Positions 1-7,723 of a stretch of 33,442 nucleotides of DNA are shown here, one piece after another (positions within the stretch are counted from its first letter, which is position 1; every line of letters starts with the position of its first letter). A model generated the notes under the pieces. The model saw only the letters and a list, made by a program, of their open reading frames with translations. It made no database searches and had not been told where the DNA came from. The DNA is taken from positions 1 to 33,442 of the forward strand of contig CAKUCE010000001.1 in the NCBI GenBank assembly GCA_934643535.1, written 5' to 3'. The DNA comes from an uncultured Clostridia bacterium (lineage in GTDB: Bacteria; Bacillota; Clostridia; Christensenellales; Aristaeellaceae). The position numbers and the translations under genes were made by a program.

Positions 1-85
1 GGGGTGTGCGCCTGCGGGCGCACCAAAGGGCTTTCCGCTCGCCCTTTGGAAACCTTCGGACCGAAGCTGGCGAGAAACCCATAGG
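1..85. repeat. GC-rich triple-hairpin intergenic repeat, copy A (possibly cut by the window edge)
   Basis: nt 1-47 are identical to nt 141-187. Similarity continues to 85/227 with a few substitutions and a 2-nt indel. Three successive stem-loops: gtgcgc/gcgcac at 6-23, aaagggc/gcccttt at 25-47, cttc/gaag at 54-66. Confidence 0.85.
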
Positions 86-140
86 GCTGTAAGCCCCGCT
101 CCCGCGCCGTAGTCGGCGCGTCATTCCCCGCCGGGGGCAA

Positions 141-227
141 GGGGTGTGCGCCTGCGGGCGCACCAAAGGGCTTTCCGCTCGCCCTTTAGAAACCTTCGGG
201 GACCGAAGATGGCGAGAAAAACATAGG
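141..227. repeat. GC-rich triple-hairpin intergenic repeat, copy B
   Basis: Direct repeat of 1-85 with a 140-nt period. It lies just 3' of the DUF1015 gene stop at 266. On the minus strand the hairpins could also act as that gene's terminator. Confidence 0.85.
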
Positions 228-265
228 ACGGCAAGTCCCAATTCGCGCCGGCTACGGCTCCCGCT

Positions 266-1513
266 TTACTTCCTTCTGCACTCCATGTAGTACCGCTTTT
301 CGTTGGCTTCTCCCATGGAGAAGGTTTTCCGGGGCAGTACGCCCAGCTCCCGGACCTGCTCGAAGAAACGGCTCTTGTCCGGCACGGGCAGCAGAAAACC
401 CACGGCTCCTTCGCCCTTTGCCAGCTCCCGCACGGCCTGCTCCCCGTGAACATAGTCCAGCCGCGCGCCGGGATGGGCGGGCAGCCATTCGTCCAGGAAC
501 GCCTGCAGATCGCCCACGGCCAGCCGGTGGGGCGTGGGAATGGAGAGCGTTACTTCCTTACCCTCGTAGACCACCCGCATGTCCTGCGTGGCGTCCGGGT
601 CGATCAGATCTTCGCCCCGACGGGCCGCATACGCCTCCAGCTCGTCCAGCAGATCGTCGCCGTCCACGCCGAAAAGCACCCGGTGAATGGGCTCAAAGCG
701 CAGCGCGTCGTCGTAAATGTTCTCGATCTCCACCATGGCGAACCGGGCGGGATGGGTCATCGTTTCTTCCGGGGTCAGACCGGGCTTGACCTTGTCCCAG
801 ATGGCCTTCGCCGTGGCAAGACTGTGATTGCCGTCGCCCACGGCGAACAGCATGGGGTCGCCGCCCTGACGCAGCCGTTCCAGCGCCGTATAAACCGCGT
901 CGATGTCCGCCGCATCCTCTACGGCGTAGCCCACCAGCTGACCGCCGTTCATCATCAGCGGGAAATCGTAGAGCTTGCGCAGCTGGCGGCGCTTCTGGAA
1001 CAGCGGCTCCACCACCGAATGCATGGGATCGTCCATCAGCAGCATTACATGAGAGGTCTCCAGCGGCGCTTTTTCCCGAATGCGCACCCGGGGCGGGATC
1101 CGCTCGGCAATGGTGCCCTCGCTGGCGCGAACAAGGCTTTTCGCTTCGGGATGAAAATCATAGCATTCCAGGTCGATCATGCCGACCAGCCCCACCCGCG
1201 CGCCGAAAGGGGTGATGCGCTCCGTGAGGATAAAGCCCCGTTCCACAGCGGGAACCAGCGTGCCGTCCTGAAGATATTTTTCCATGGTGCGGCAGATGGC
1301 GGGCACCCGCACGTCGGTCTCGTTCAGCCAGCATTCCGGCAGGATTATGCGGAATGCGGAGGGCTGATCGCCCACCAGACGCTCGACCTCCTCCCAGTAG
1401 GCGGGCTGAGAGGTGAACTGGTCGCAGGCCACACAGGCCCACGCGGTCAGGTTTACGCCCTCCCGGGGCAGAAGCAGCTGGCCGGGATAAAAACAGCGAT
1501 TGAAAACAGCCAT
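266..1513 (-). CDS. DUF1015-family protein (function unknown)
   Basis: 415-aa ORF. ATG at 1513 is preceded by AGGAGG 9 nt upstream. Length and motifs (VACDQFTS near the N-terminus, GDGNHSLATAKA mid-protein) fit my recollection of DUF1015. GC3-rich codon usage matches the neighbours. Confidence 0.8.
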   Translation of the reverse strand: MAVFNRCFYPGQLLLPREGVNLTAWACVACDQFTSQPAYWEEVERLVGDQPSAFRIILPECWLNETDVRVPAICRTMEKYLQDGTLVPAVERGFILTERITPFGARVGLVGMIDLECYDFHPEAKSLVRASEGTIAERIPPRVRIREKAPLETSHVMLLMDDPMHSVVEPLFQKRRQLRKLYDFPLMMNGGQLVGYAVEDAADIDAVYTALERLRQGGDPMLFAVGDGNHSLATAKAIWDKVKPGLTPEETMTHPARFAMVEIENIYDDALRFEPIHRVLFGVDGDDLLDELEAYAARRGEDLIDPDATQDMRVVYEGKEVTLSIPTPHRLAVGDLQAFLDEWLPAHPGARLDYVHGEQAVRELAKGEGAVGFLLPVPDKSRFFEQVRELGVLPRKTFSMGEANEKRYYMECRRK

Positions 1514-1555
1514 TGAAATTTTCCTCCTTGAGAAAAAATTGGGGAAACAGACGGA

Positions 1556-4246
1556 TCACGGCGTCGCCTCGCCATCCCGCACCATGCGGAACAGCAGCAC
1601 CAGACATTTCCCGCTACCCCGGCTGGAAACCGTGGCCAGCGTCAGCAGCCGGTCCGACGGCTCCACGGAAACGGAGAAGCGGTACAGGCTGTGATCCACC
1701 GCCGACTGGACGTATTCCATCATCTGCGCGTCCGTGTCAAAAGCGGAGTGGGAAGCATAATCGAAATAGCCGGGCTTGGCGGGATCGCTGTCCGCCACGA
1801 TGACGGAAAACAGCACGTAGCGCGCATCCTCGTACAGGGTGGTCAGCTGGGCAAAGCAGGCCCCTGCCGCAAACCCGATACCGCCTGACTGATACTGCCA
1901 CAGCGGCGCAAGGCTCACGCCGGTCACATTGCCCTCGCCCCGCAGCAGCAGGTTCTCCGGCGGCGTGTTGATGGCGCAGCCCTTGTCCAGAAATACCGCG
2001 CCGCCATCGGAAAGGGAACCGCGGTAGTTGTGCGTCAGATAGTAGGTATTATTGCGCTGCACCACGTATTCATCCAACACTCCGGGAATGTTTAGACGGG
2101 CCAGTACGTCCGGGTATTCGGCATGGATTTCCTTCATGCTGTCCAGTACGTTGCACAATGGATTGTTGGGATAACGGCTCAGTCTGGTGCGGACGTTTTC
2201 TTCCTCCGGGAGAGAGGCGTCCGGGCTGCCCGTCCCGCTCTGGGAGGCGTCCGCTTTGGGCGCGGCAAACACCTGAGGCGTTGACGTGGGCGTAAAGGTT
2301 TCCCCGGCGGGCAGCAGATCCACCCGCACGCCCGCCTGCTCCAGCGCCTGTCCCTGCTGCTCCTGATAGGCCTGACGCACCTGCGCCATTTCCCGCTCGT
2401 TGGCGGAAAGGCTCATGAGGATTTTTCCCCCGGCGATCAGGCAGAACAGCAGCATGGCCGCTACGGCCAGAAGCGCCGCGACCCGGCCCCAGAGAATGGG
2501 CGGCTTTTCCTGCTTGGGCGTGGAGGGCTTTTTTTCCCTGGCAGACTGCGCGGGTTTGGGAGCGAAGGGCCTGGTAGGCGTCGGTTGGACGGAGGAAGGC
2601 GAAGACTGCACGGGACGGCTTTGACCGGAAAAACCGCCGGTTTCTGCCGGTGGGGCCTGATAAGGCTGGCCGGGCTGGAAGGGCGTTTCCGGGACGGCGC
2701 TTTGCGGGGGAGCGAAAAAAGCGCCTGAAGCGGACGGCGTGTCCCAGAAGGGTTGATCCGCAGACGGGGGAACGCTTCCGGAAAAGGGCTGATCGAAACC
2801 GTGCAGCGGCTCTGAGGTTCCTTCCGAGGACGGGATCGCCTCTTCCGGCGGCAGAGAGTCCAGCTCGAAGGGGTAAAATACCGGAACATCCGTTTCAGAA
2901 ACCGGCGCGCTTTCTTCTGAGGGAACGGCGGGATCATCTTCGTTGAAATTCCAGTGAATCTCCGCCTTGGGCGCGTCGTCGCTGAAAAAGGCGTCCAGCT
3001 CGCTGCCCATGGGGGAAGCAGCCGGATCCCACAGGGGGCCGCTCTGCTGAAAGACCTTGTACCAGTCGTCCGCTTCGGCGGCGGGGGCTTCCGGCGGCAC
3101 GCTTTCCCTGTTGGGGGCGGGAGGCTCTTCGGCCTTTTCGGTTCGGCGGGGCGCGGCGGAGAACAGCGGCTCGGAAGACGGGTCCCCGGCAGACTCCGGC
3201 TGCGGCCCGCCGGCTTCAGCTGCCGTTTCTTCCAGGAAAGTTTCCGTGTGCGGGGAAACCTCTGCCGTGGTTTCCGGCGCGGGCGGGGCCGTTTCCTCTT
3301 TTTCTTCAGGGGAAGAATCGGCCTGAACCAGATCCGGAACCGGCACGGGGGCTTCGGCGGAAACGACGGGAACAGGCTCGGAGGATGCTTCCGCAGGAGA
3401 AACCGCCGCTTCCGCAGCCCGGCGCGCCATGCGGCTGCGCCGCCGGGGCGCGGCAGGAGCAGCCGCGTTTTCTGTTTCCGTTTCAAGGGAAAGAACCGCT
3501 TCGTTTTCCGACGGCGCTGAAACAGCCTCCGTTTCGGCGGCGCTTTCGGCTTCCGGCGCGGGAACGGGCGCTTCCGGTTCCGGAACCGGGGCGAAAGGGC
3601 TGTCTTCAACAGGCTCTTCAGCGTTTCCGCTTTCTTCCGCGGAGAATGCAATGGGCGCGGAGGTTTTCTCCGGCTGCGTTTCTGCGGCGGGCCGGGTCAC
3701 AGGCCACAGCGGCACGTCCGCAACGGGCCATTCCGGTGCGGCGGAGACGGGCGTTTCGGCTGCGGCTGGCCCGGCGACCGTTTCGGGAACGCCCGGCGCA
3801 TGGAATGACGCGCTTCCCAGCGACGGACTGCGCTGCAAGTACCGGGGAACGCCCAGTACGTCCTTTTCCATGGGCCGCTGGGATTCGGGAATATCATCCG
3901 TTGATGGAGCCGCTTCGGCGGACGGCCATTCCGTCGGGCTCTGCCAGAGCGGCTGAAAGGCGGGCTCAGGCTGCGGCGGCATGGCCTGAGGCTGGGCCTC
4001 CGGCGGCCTAAAGGGCCGACCGTTCAGCGAAGGCTCCACGTCCGGAGCCGCAGGGGCCGCCGGACTGGGCGACGTGGGAGAACCCATGACGGCAGGCTGA
4101 TAAAACGGCGTGCGGCCATATAGCTGGCCGGGACGCATCATCATCGGCGCGTGAGGCGTATGGGGCTTCGATACGGGACGTGACAGACGCTCATCCAGCG
4201 AAATCGGCTGAAAGGGATTGTCCGCCTCCCGGCGCTGCTTCTCCAT
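1556..4246 (-). CDS. Proline/glutamate/alanine-rich single-pass membrane protein with a C-terminal sortase-B-like domain lacking the catalytic His and Cys
   Basis: 896-aa ORF. ATG at 4246 follows AGGAGGAG. About 580 aa are low-complexity P/E/A/S-rich. One hydrophobic helix (ILWGRVAALLAVAAMLLFCLIAGG) is encoded around 2416-2500. The C-terminal ~190 aa align by eye to class B sortase (YPDVLARLNIPGV..YVVQ..NTYYLTHNYRG..GAVFLD). Confidence 0.85.
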   Translation of the reverse strand: MEKQRREADNPFQPISLDERLSRPVSKPHTPHAPMMMRPGQLYGRTPFYQPAVMGSPTSPSPAAPAAPDVEPSLNGRPFRPPEAQPQAMPPQPEPAFQPLWQSPTEWPSAEAAPSTDDIPESQRPMEKDVLGVPRYLQRSPSLGSASFHAPGVPETVAGPAAAETPVSAAPEWPVADVPLWPVTRPAAETQPEKTSAPIAFSAEESGNAEEPVEDSPFAPVPEPEAPVPAPEAESAAETEAVSAPSENEAVLSLETETENAAAPAAPRRRSRMARRAAEAAVSPAEASSEPVPVVSAEAPVPVPDLVQADSSPEEKEETAPPAPETTAEVSPHTETFLEETAAEAGGPQPESAGDPSSEPLFSAAPRRTEKAEEPPAPNRESVPPEAPAAEADDWYKVFQQSGPLWDPAASPMGSELDAFFSDDAPKAEIHWNFNEDDPAVPSEESAPVSETDVPVFYPFELDSLPPEEAIPSSEGTSEPLHGFDQPFSGSVPPSADQPFWDTPSASGAFFAPPQSAVPETPFQPGQPYQAPPAETGGFSGQSRPVQSSPSSVQPTPTRPFAPKPAQSAREKKPSTPKQEKPPILWGRVAALLAVAAMLLFCLIAGGKILMSLSANEREMAQVRQAYQEQQGQALEQAGVRVDLLPAGETFTPTSTPQVFAAPKADASQSGTGSPDASLPEEENVRTRLSRYPNNPLCNVLDSMKEIHAEYPDVLARLNIPGVLDEYVVQRNNTYYLTHNYRGSLSDGGAVFLDKGCAINTPPENLLLRGEGNVTGVSLAPLWQYQSGGIGFAAGACFAQLTTLYEDARYVLFSVIVADSDPAKPGYFDYASHSAFDTDAQMMEYVQSAVDHSLYRFSVSVEPSDRLLTLATVSSRGSGKCLVLLFRMVRDGEATP

Positions 4247-4306
4247 GGATTCTCCTCCTTTCCATCAAATAGTAAAAGCCAAATATATAAGCCAGAAAAA
4301 ACAGGC

Positions 4307-4672
4307 TTACAGAAATTCGCCGAAGGCGATCAGGGCGGCTTTGGAGCCCTTGATCTGGATTTTTCCCCGCAGCAAAGCGGACAGGGGCGTGACTTTCCGC
4401 TGGAGAATATCCATCAGATCCCGCTCCCGGCCGGAGACGATCACATCCGCCTCGTCCATTTCGGTCTTGGGAATGTAGCGGCCCTCCACCAGCGAAAAAG
4501 CGCACACATAGCCCGTGTCGGTGGCGCACAGGCGGTAGGAATAGGTGATGCTCTTCAGCTCGTCCTCATGCTCGCTCAGAATGCGGCAAAGCTGCTTCGT
4601 CCACACTTTCAGGCCCGCCCTGGGATCGGCCTGAGCGGACCATTCCTCCACAGCGGCTTTCAGATGGCTCAT
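4307..4672 (-). CDS. SCP2 (sterol-carrier-protein-2-like) domain protein
   Basis: 121-aa ORF. The C-terminal pattern ADVIVSG..DLMDILQRK..PLSALLRGKIQIKGSKAALIAFGEFL is typical of SCP2 domains. Its ATG overlaps the upstream gene's TGA as ATGA at 4672-4669. Confidence 0.75.
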   Translation of the reverse strand: MSHLKAAVEEWSAQADPRAGLKVWTKQLCRILSEHEDELKSITYSYRLCATDTGYVCAFSLVEGRYIPKTEMDEADVIVSGRERDLMDILQRKVTPLSALLRGKIQIKGSKAALIAFGEFL

Positions 4673-5136
4673 GCTTTGGTCAGCTCCTTTTCCAGTTGCT
4701 TCATCATGGCCCGGCAGCCGCGCTGAACGTCCTGCCAGGTCGCGTCAAAATTGCCGGTATACCACGGGTCGGCCACGTCGGAGCCGTCGCCGCAGAAATC
4801 CAGCAGCTTATGCAGTTTTCCCTTCGGGTCGCCCGGAAACATCCGGCGAAGGTTTCGCATATTCCAGTTGTCCATGCCCACGATCCAGTCAAAGCGATCG
4901 TAATCCTCCGGGCAGATCTGCCGGGCCCGTTTTCCCTGACAGGAAATGCCCGCCTGACGCAGCTTTTCCCGGGTGCCGGGGTGAACGGGATTTCCGATCT
5001 CCTCCGTACTGGTGGCGGCGGACCCCACCGCAACCTGCTCCGCCATTCCCCGGCGTTCGATCATATCCCGCAGCACAAATTCCGCCATGGGGCTGCGGCA
5101 GATGTTGCCATGGCAGACAAATAATACCTGAAACAC
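4669..5136 (-). CDS. Low-molecular-weight protein-tyrosine phosphatase
   Basis: The CHGNICRSP P-loop (CX5R-S) starts at about residue 8 and a DPWY Asp loop is present. I chose the GTG start at 5136 (GGAGG at 5145-5149, 8-nt spacer), giving 155 aa. The tracked 217-aa ORF is an upstream extension with no RBS. Confidence 0.85.
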   Translation of the reverse strand: MFQVLFVCHGNICRSPMAEFVLRDMIERRGMAEQVAVGSAATSTEEIGNPVHPGTREKLRQAGISCQGKRARQICPEDYDRFDWIVGMDNWNMRNLRRMFPGDPKGKLHKLLDFCGDGSDVADPWYTGNFDATWQDVQRGCRAMMKQLEKELTKA

Positions 5137-5173
5137 CCAAACCTCCTGCAACGCCCTGAAAAGGGACAGCCTG

Positions 5174-5202
5174 ATTGTACCATAAGCCAATGGCTTTTTC
5201 CA
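5174..5202 (-). promoter_or_regulatory. Putative promoter of the phosphatase-SCP2 cluster (extended -10 TGGTACAAT, weak -35 TGGAAA)
   Basis: The minus strand reads tggaaa-17 nt-tacaat with TG at -15/-14. It lies about 35 nt upstream of the GTG start. Confidence 0.45.
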
Positions 5203-5245
5203 CATTTTCCACATTTTCCGCTGACGGGTTTCCGGCGCTTTCGGC

Positions 5246-5274
5246 TTGTTTCTTTCTGGAAAAAGAAATATAAT
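5246..5274 (+). promoter_or_regulatory. Putative promoter of the M18 aminopeptidase gene (TTGTTT-17-TATAAT)
   Basis: Hexamers at 5246-5251 and 5269-5274 with a 17-nt spacer, about 65 nt upstream of the ATG at 5340. Confidence 0.5.
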
Positions 5275-5339
5275 ACCCTTGAGCGCGGCGTGGGACGGCG
5301 CTTTTCCCGCGCACGCAAGCAACCAAAGGAGCGGAGAAA

Positions 5340-6605
5340 ATGGCTGAATTTACCAATGAACTGATCAAATGGCTCGGCGGAGGACATTCGCCCTGGCATA
5401 CCGTGGATATGGCGGCCCGCTGGCTGACGGAGCGGGGCTTTGAGCCGCTTGCGCTGAACAAGCCCTTTTCCGTCCGCCGGGGCGGGCGCTATTTTGTGGA
5501 AAACGGAACCTTTCTGGCGGCTGTGACCGTAGGCCGGAAGGACGTGATCCGCATCGCGGCGGCGCATACCGACTGGCCCTGCATGCGCATCAAGCCCCGG
5601 CCCGAGCTGATCGCAGGCGGATGCTGCCGCCTGAGTGTGGAACCTTATGGCGGCGCGATCCTGAACACGTGGCTGGATCGGCCTCTGGGGCTGGCGGGCG
5701 TGGCTCTGCTGCGCACGGAGGATCCCATGCAGCCGGAGCGCCGTCTGATCTCCTGGGATGAACCCCTGCTGGTGATCCCCAACGTGGCCATCCATATGAA
5801 CCGGGAGGTCAACAAGGGCGTGCCCTATAAGGCCAATGTGGATATGCTGCCCATCTGCCGCACGGTGCAGGGCGAATTTGAGAAAGACGGCTATCTGATC
5901 CGACAGATCGCCGAGCGCCTGCAAGTACGGCCGGAGGAGGTGCTGTCCTTCGAGCTGTGCGCCTACTGCTGCGCCGAACCCACGCTGCTGGGCTTTGAGA
6001 AAGACCTGCTGTCCTCTCCCCGGCTGGATAACCTCAGCTCCGTCCACGCCTGCCTGCAGGGACTGGCGGACGCGCAGGGCGACGGGATCAACGTGGCGGT
6101 CCTCTACGACAACGAAGAGATCGGCAGCAACACCCGCCGGGGCGCGGACAGCAGCACGCTGACGGTTATTCTGGAAAAAATGGCCCTGTCGCTGGGGCTG
6201 GACCGCACCGCGCTGCTGGACGCCTGCCTGAACGGCATGCTGCTTTCCTGCGACGCGGCCCACGCCATGCATCCCAATCATCCGGAGTATGCGGATTTCT
6301 CCTGCGCGCCGGTGCTGGGCGGCGGCGTTGCGCTCAAGCGCAGCCCCCGCTATTCCTCCGACGCGGAAACCTGCGCGGTGATCCGGGGCCTGTGCGATGC
6401 GAACCGGATCCCCCTGCAGATCTACATGAACCGGGCCGACCTGCCCGGCGGCAGCACCGTGGGCTCCATGGCCTCGGCACTGCTGGCCATGCCTGCCGCG
6501 GACGTCGGTATTCCCATCCTGGCCATGCATTCCGCCTGCGAGACCATGGGCGCGGCGGATCAGGATGCTTTTGTCCGGCTCTGCACGGCGTTCTTTCAGG
6601 CGTAA
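5340..6605 (+). CDS. M18-family aminopeptidase (aspartyl aminopeptidase-like)
   Basis: 421-aa ORF with AAAGGAG 8 nt upstream. Family-typical segments include SPWHTV, AAHTDWPCMRIKP, PNVAIHMNREVN and LAMHSACETMG. Confidence 0.85.
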   Translation: MAEFTNELIKWLGGGHSPWHTVDMAARWLTERGFEPLALNKPFSVRRGGRYFVENGTFLAAVTVGRKDVIRIAAAHTDWPCMRIKPRPELIAGGCCRLSVEPYGGAILNTWLDRPLGLAGVALLRTEDPMQPERRLISWDEPLLVIPNVAIHMNREVNKGVPYKANVDMLPICRTVQGEFEKDGYLIRQIAERLQVRPEEVLSFELCAYCCAEPTLLGFEKDLLSSPRLDNLSSVHACLQGLADAQGDGINVAVLYDNEEIGSNTRRGADSSTLTVILEKMALSLGLDRTALLDACLNGMLLSCDAAHAMHPNHPEYADFSCAPVLGGGVALKRSPRYSSDAETCAVIRGLCDANRIPLQIYMNRADLPGGSTVGSMASALLAMPAADVGIPILAMHSACETMGAADQDAFVRLCTAFFQA

Positions 6606-6654
6606 ACCGGCTAGACGGTGCAGTCCGCCATGACGCCTTTCCCTTTTGAATATG

Positions 6655-6683
6655 GCCCATCGCTTTTGGCGGTGGGCTTTTTT
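6655..6683 (+). terminator. Rho-independent terminator after the aminopeptidase gene
   Basis: gcccatcgc-ttttg-gcggtgggc stem (one G-U pair) followed by tttttt. Confidence 0.75.
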
Positions 6684-6688
6684 GAATC

Positions 6689-7534
6689 CTAGACGGGATA
6701 ACGCCGGTACTGCCCCGGCGTAAAGCCGGTGTAGCGCCGGAACAGCTTGCAGAAGTGGGCTTCGTCGCAGAAACCGAGGTGAAAGGCGACGTCCGCTACG
6801 CTGAGGGTATCGTCGGTCAAAAGTTGTCGGGCCTTGTCCAGCCGGAGGCGGAGCCAGTACTGCTTGGGCGAAAGCCCCACGCAGGCCCGGAAGGCGCGGT
6901 AGAAGGAAGCCTCGCTCATCCCGCACAATTCCGCCAGCCGGGGAATGTTCAGCCCGCCGGAAAGATTCATCCGGATATGCTCCAGCGCGGGCTGCAGGGC
7001 TGCGGGTCGTTTTTCGGCAAAGCCGGAGCTTTGCCGGAGCAGGTAGACCAGCTCATAGAGCTTGGCCTGCAAAAGAAGCGGGGAGCCGTGAACGTCCCAG
7101 TACAGGCTGGTGAGCTGACGCATGAGCCGTTCGCACTGGCCCTCCAGCCCGGCAGAGGGCACGATGGGGGAAAACTCTCCCAGACGGGCGGGCTGGCCGT
7201 CTTCCGTCAGAGTCAGAAATTTGATGCACAGGTTGGTGGGGATTTTCGGCCCGTGAGGCTGATTGACATGGGGGTGCGCCGGATTGTCCACCTGCATGGC
7301 GAAGCGGCTGCCCCGGGGCGTATAGAAAATGTCGCCCTGCCGGGGATGAAAAACCACGCCGCTGCTCAGCCGCAGGGTAAAGGCGCAGCCGCTTTCCTCC
7401 GGCAGAAAAAGCAGCAGCGCGTCCTCCGGCCGGGGCGCATCCAGATAGCTGTAATGGCCCCGATCGGCCCAGCACTGGGGCACTGCACTGATAAAACGCA
7501 GCCGCAGAGCTTCGGAATCTTCCACCGACAGCAT
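6689..7534 (-). CDS. AraC-family transcriptional regulator
   Basis: 281-aa ORF with AGGAGG 9 nt upstream of the ATG at 7534. The C-terminal double helix-turn-helix (IPRLAELCGMSEASFYRAFR...VAFHLGFCDEAHFCKLFRRYTGFTPGQYRR) is typical of AraC/XylS. The N-terminal half is cupin-like. Confidence 0.9.
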   Translation of the reverse strand: MLSVEDSEALRLRFISAVPQCWADRGHYSYLDAPRPEDALLLFLPEESGCAFTLRLSSGVVFHPRQGDIFYTPRGSRFAMQVDNPAHPHVNQPHGPKIPTNLCIKFLTLTEDGQPARLGEFSPIVPSAGLEGQCERLMRQLTSLYWDVHGSPLLLQAKLYELVYLLRQSSGFAEKRPAALQPALEHIRMNLSGGLNIPRLAELCGMSEASFYRAFRACVGLSPKQYWLRLRLDKARQLLTDDTLSVADVAFHLGFCDEAHFCKLFRRYTGFTPGQYRRYPV

Positions 7535-7587
7535 GATACGCTTCCTCCTGCCTGATCGAAAAATACAATAAAGAACAGAAACCTACC

Positions 7588-7616
7588 TTGCACGGCCCGG
7601 CGGGGAACCGTACAAT
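7588..7616 (+). promoter_or_regulatory. Putative GH42 promoter (TTGCAC-17-TACAAT)
   Basis: Hexamers at 7588-7593 and 7611-7616 with a 17-nt spacer, about 100 nt upstream of the ATG at 7724. Confidence 0.5.
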
Positions 7617-7628
7617 CATGACGGAAGA

Positions 7629-7637
7629 AGTATAGCA
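7629..7637 (-). promoter_or_regulatory. Putative extended -10 element (TGCTATACT) for the AraC regulator gene
   Basis: The minus strand reads tgctatact. The same extended -10 word recurs before the dapF and aminotransferase genes. There is no good -35. Confidence 0.4.
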
Positions 7638-7723
7638 CAACCGTTTCAAAATCAAAAGGATGAACCGAAACAAACAGAAACAGGGGAGGGAGACCGGCGC
7701 TGTGTCCGCCGGGAGGAAAAACG

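Noticed and set aside
2400-4011. Several 170-400-aa ORFs in other frames and on the other strand within the proline-rich gene (e.g. 2461-3651, 2954-3520, 3385-4011, 3429-3956)
   Set aside because: Low-complexity GC-rich DNA is open in many frames. Only the 1556-4246 frame has an RBS, a TM helix and a recognisable folded domain.
4669-5322. N-terminally extended versions of real genes in the ORF track (4669-5322, 9754-12132, 13651-14988, 16059-17504, 19878-20735, 32038-33177)
   Set aside because: The extensions have no RBS, run into promoters, leaders or repeats, and add non-homologous residues. Internal starts with GGAGG-type RBSs give family-typical N-termini.
5061-6926. 621-aa ORF on the minus strand
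   Set aside because: It runs antisense to the M18 aminopeptidase gene, which has clear family motifs. Its translation is Arg/Gly/Ala/His-rich, as expected for the reverse frame of GC3-rich genes. It has no RBS, and it would also overlap the AraC gene in another frame.
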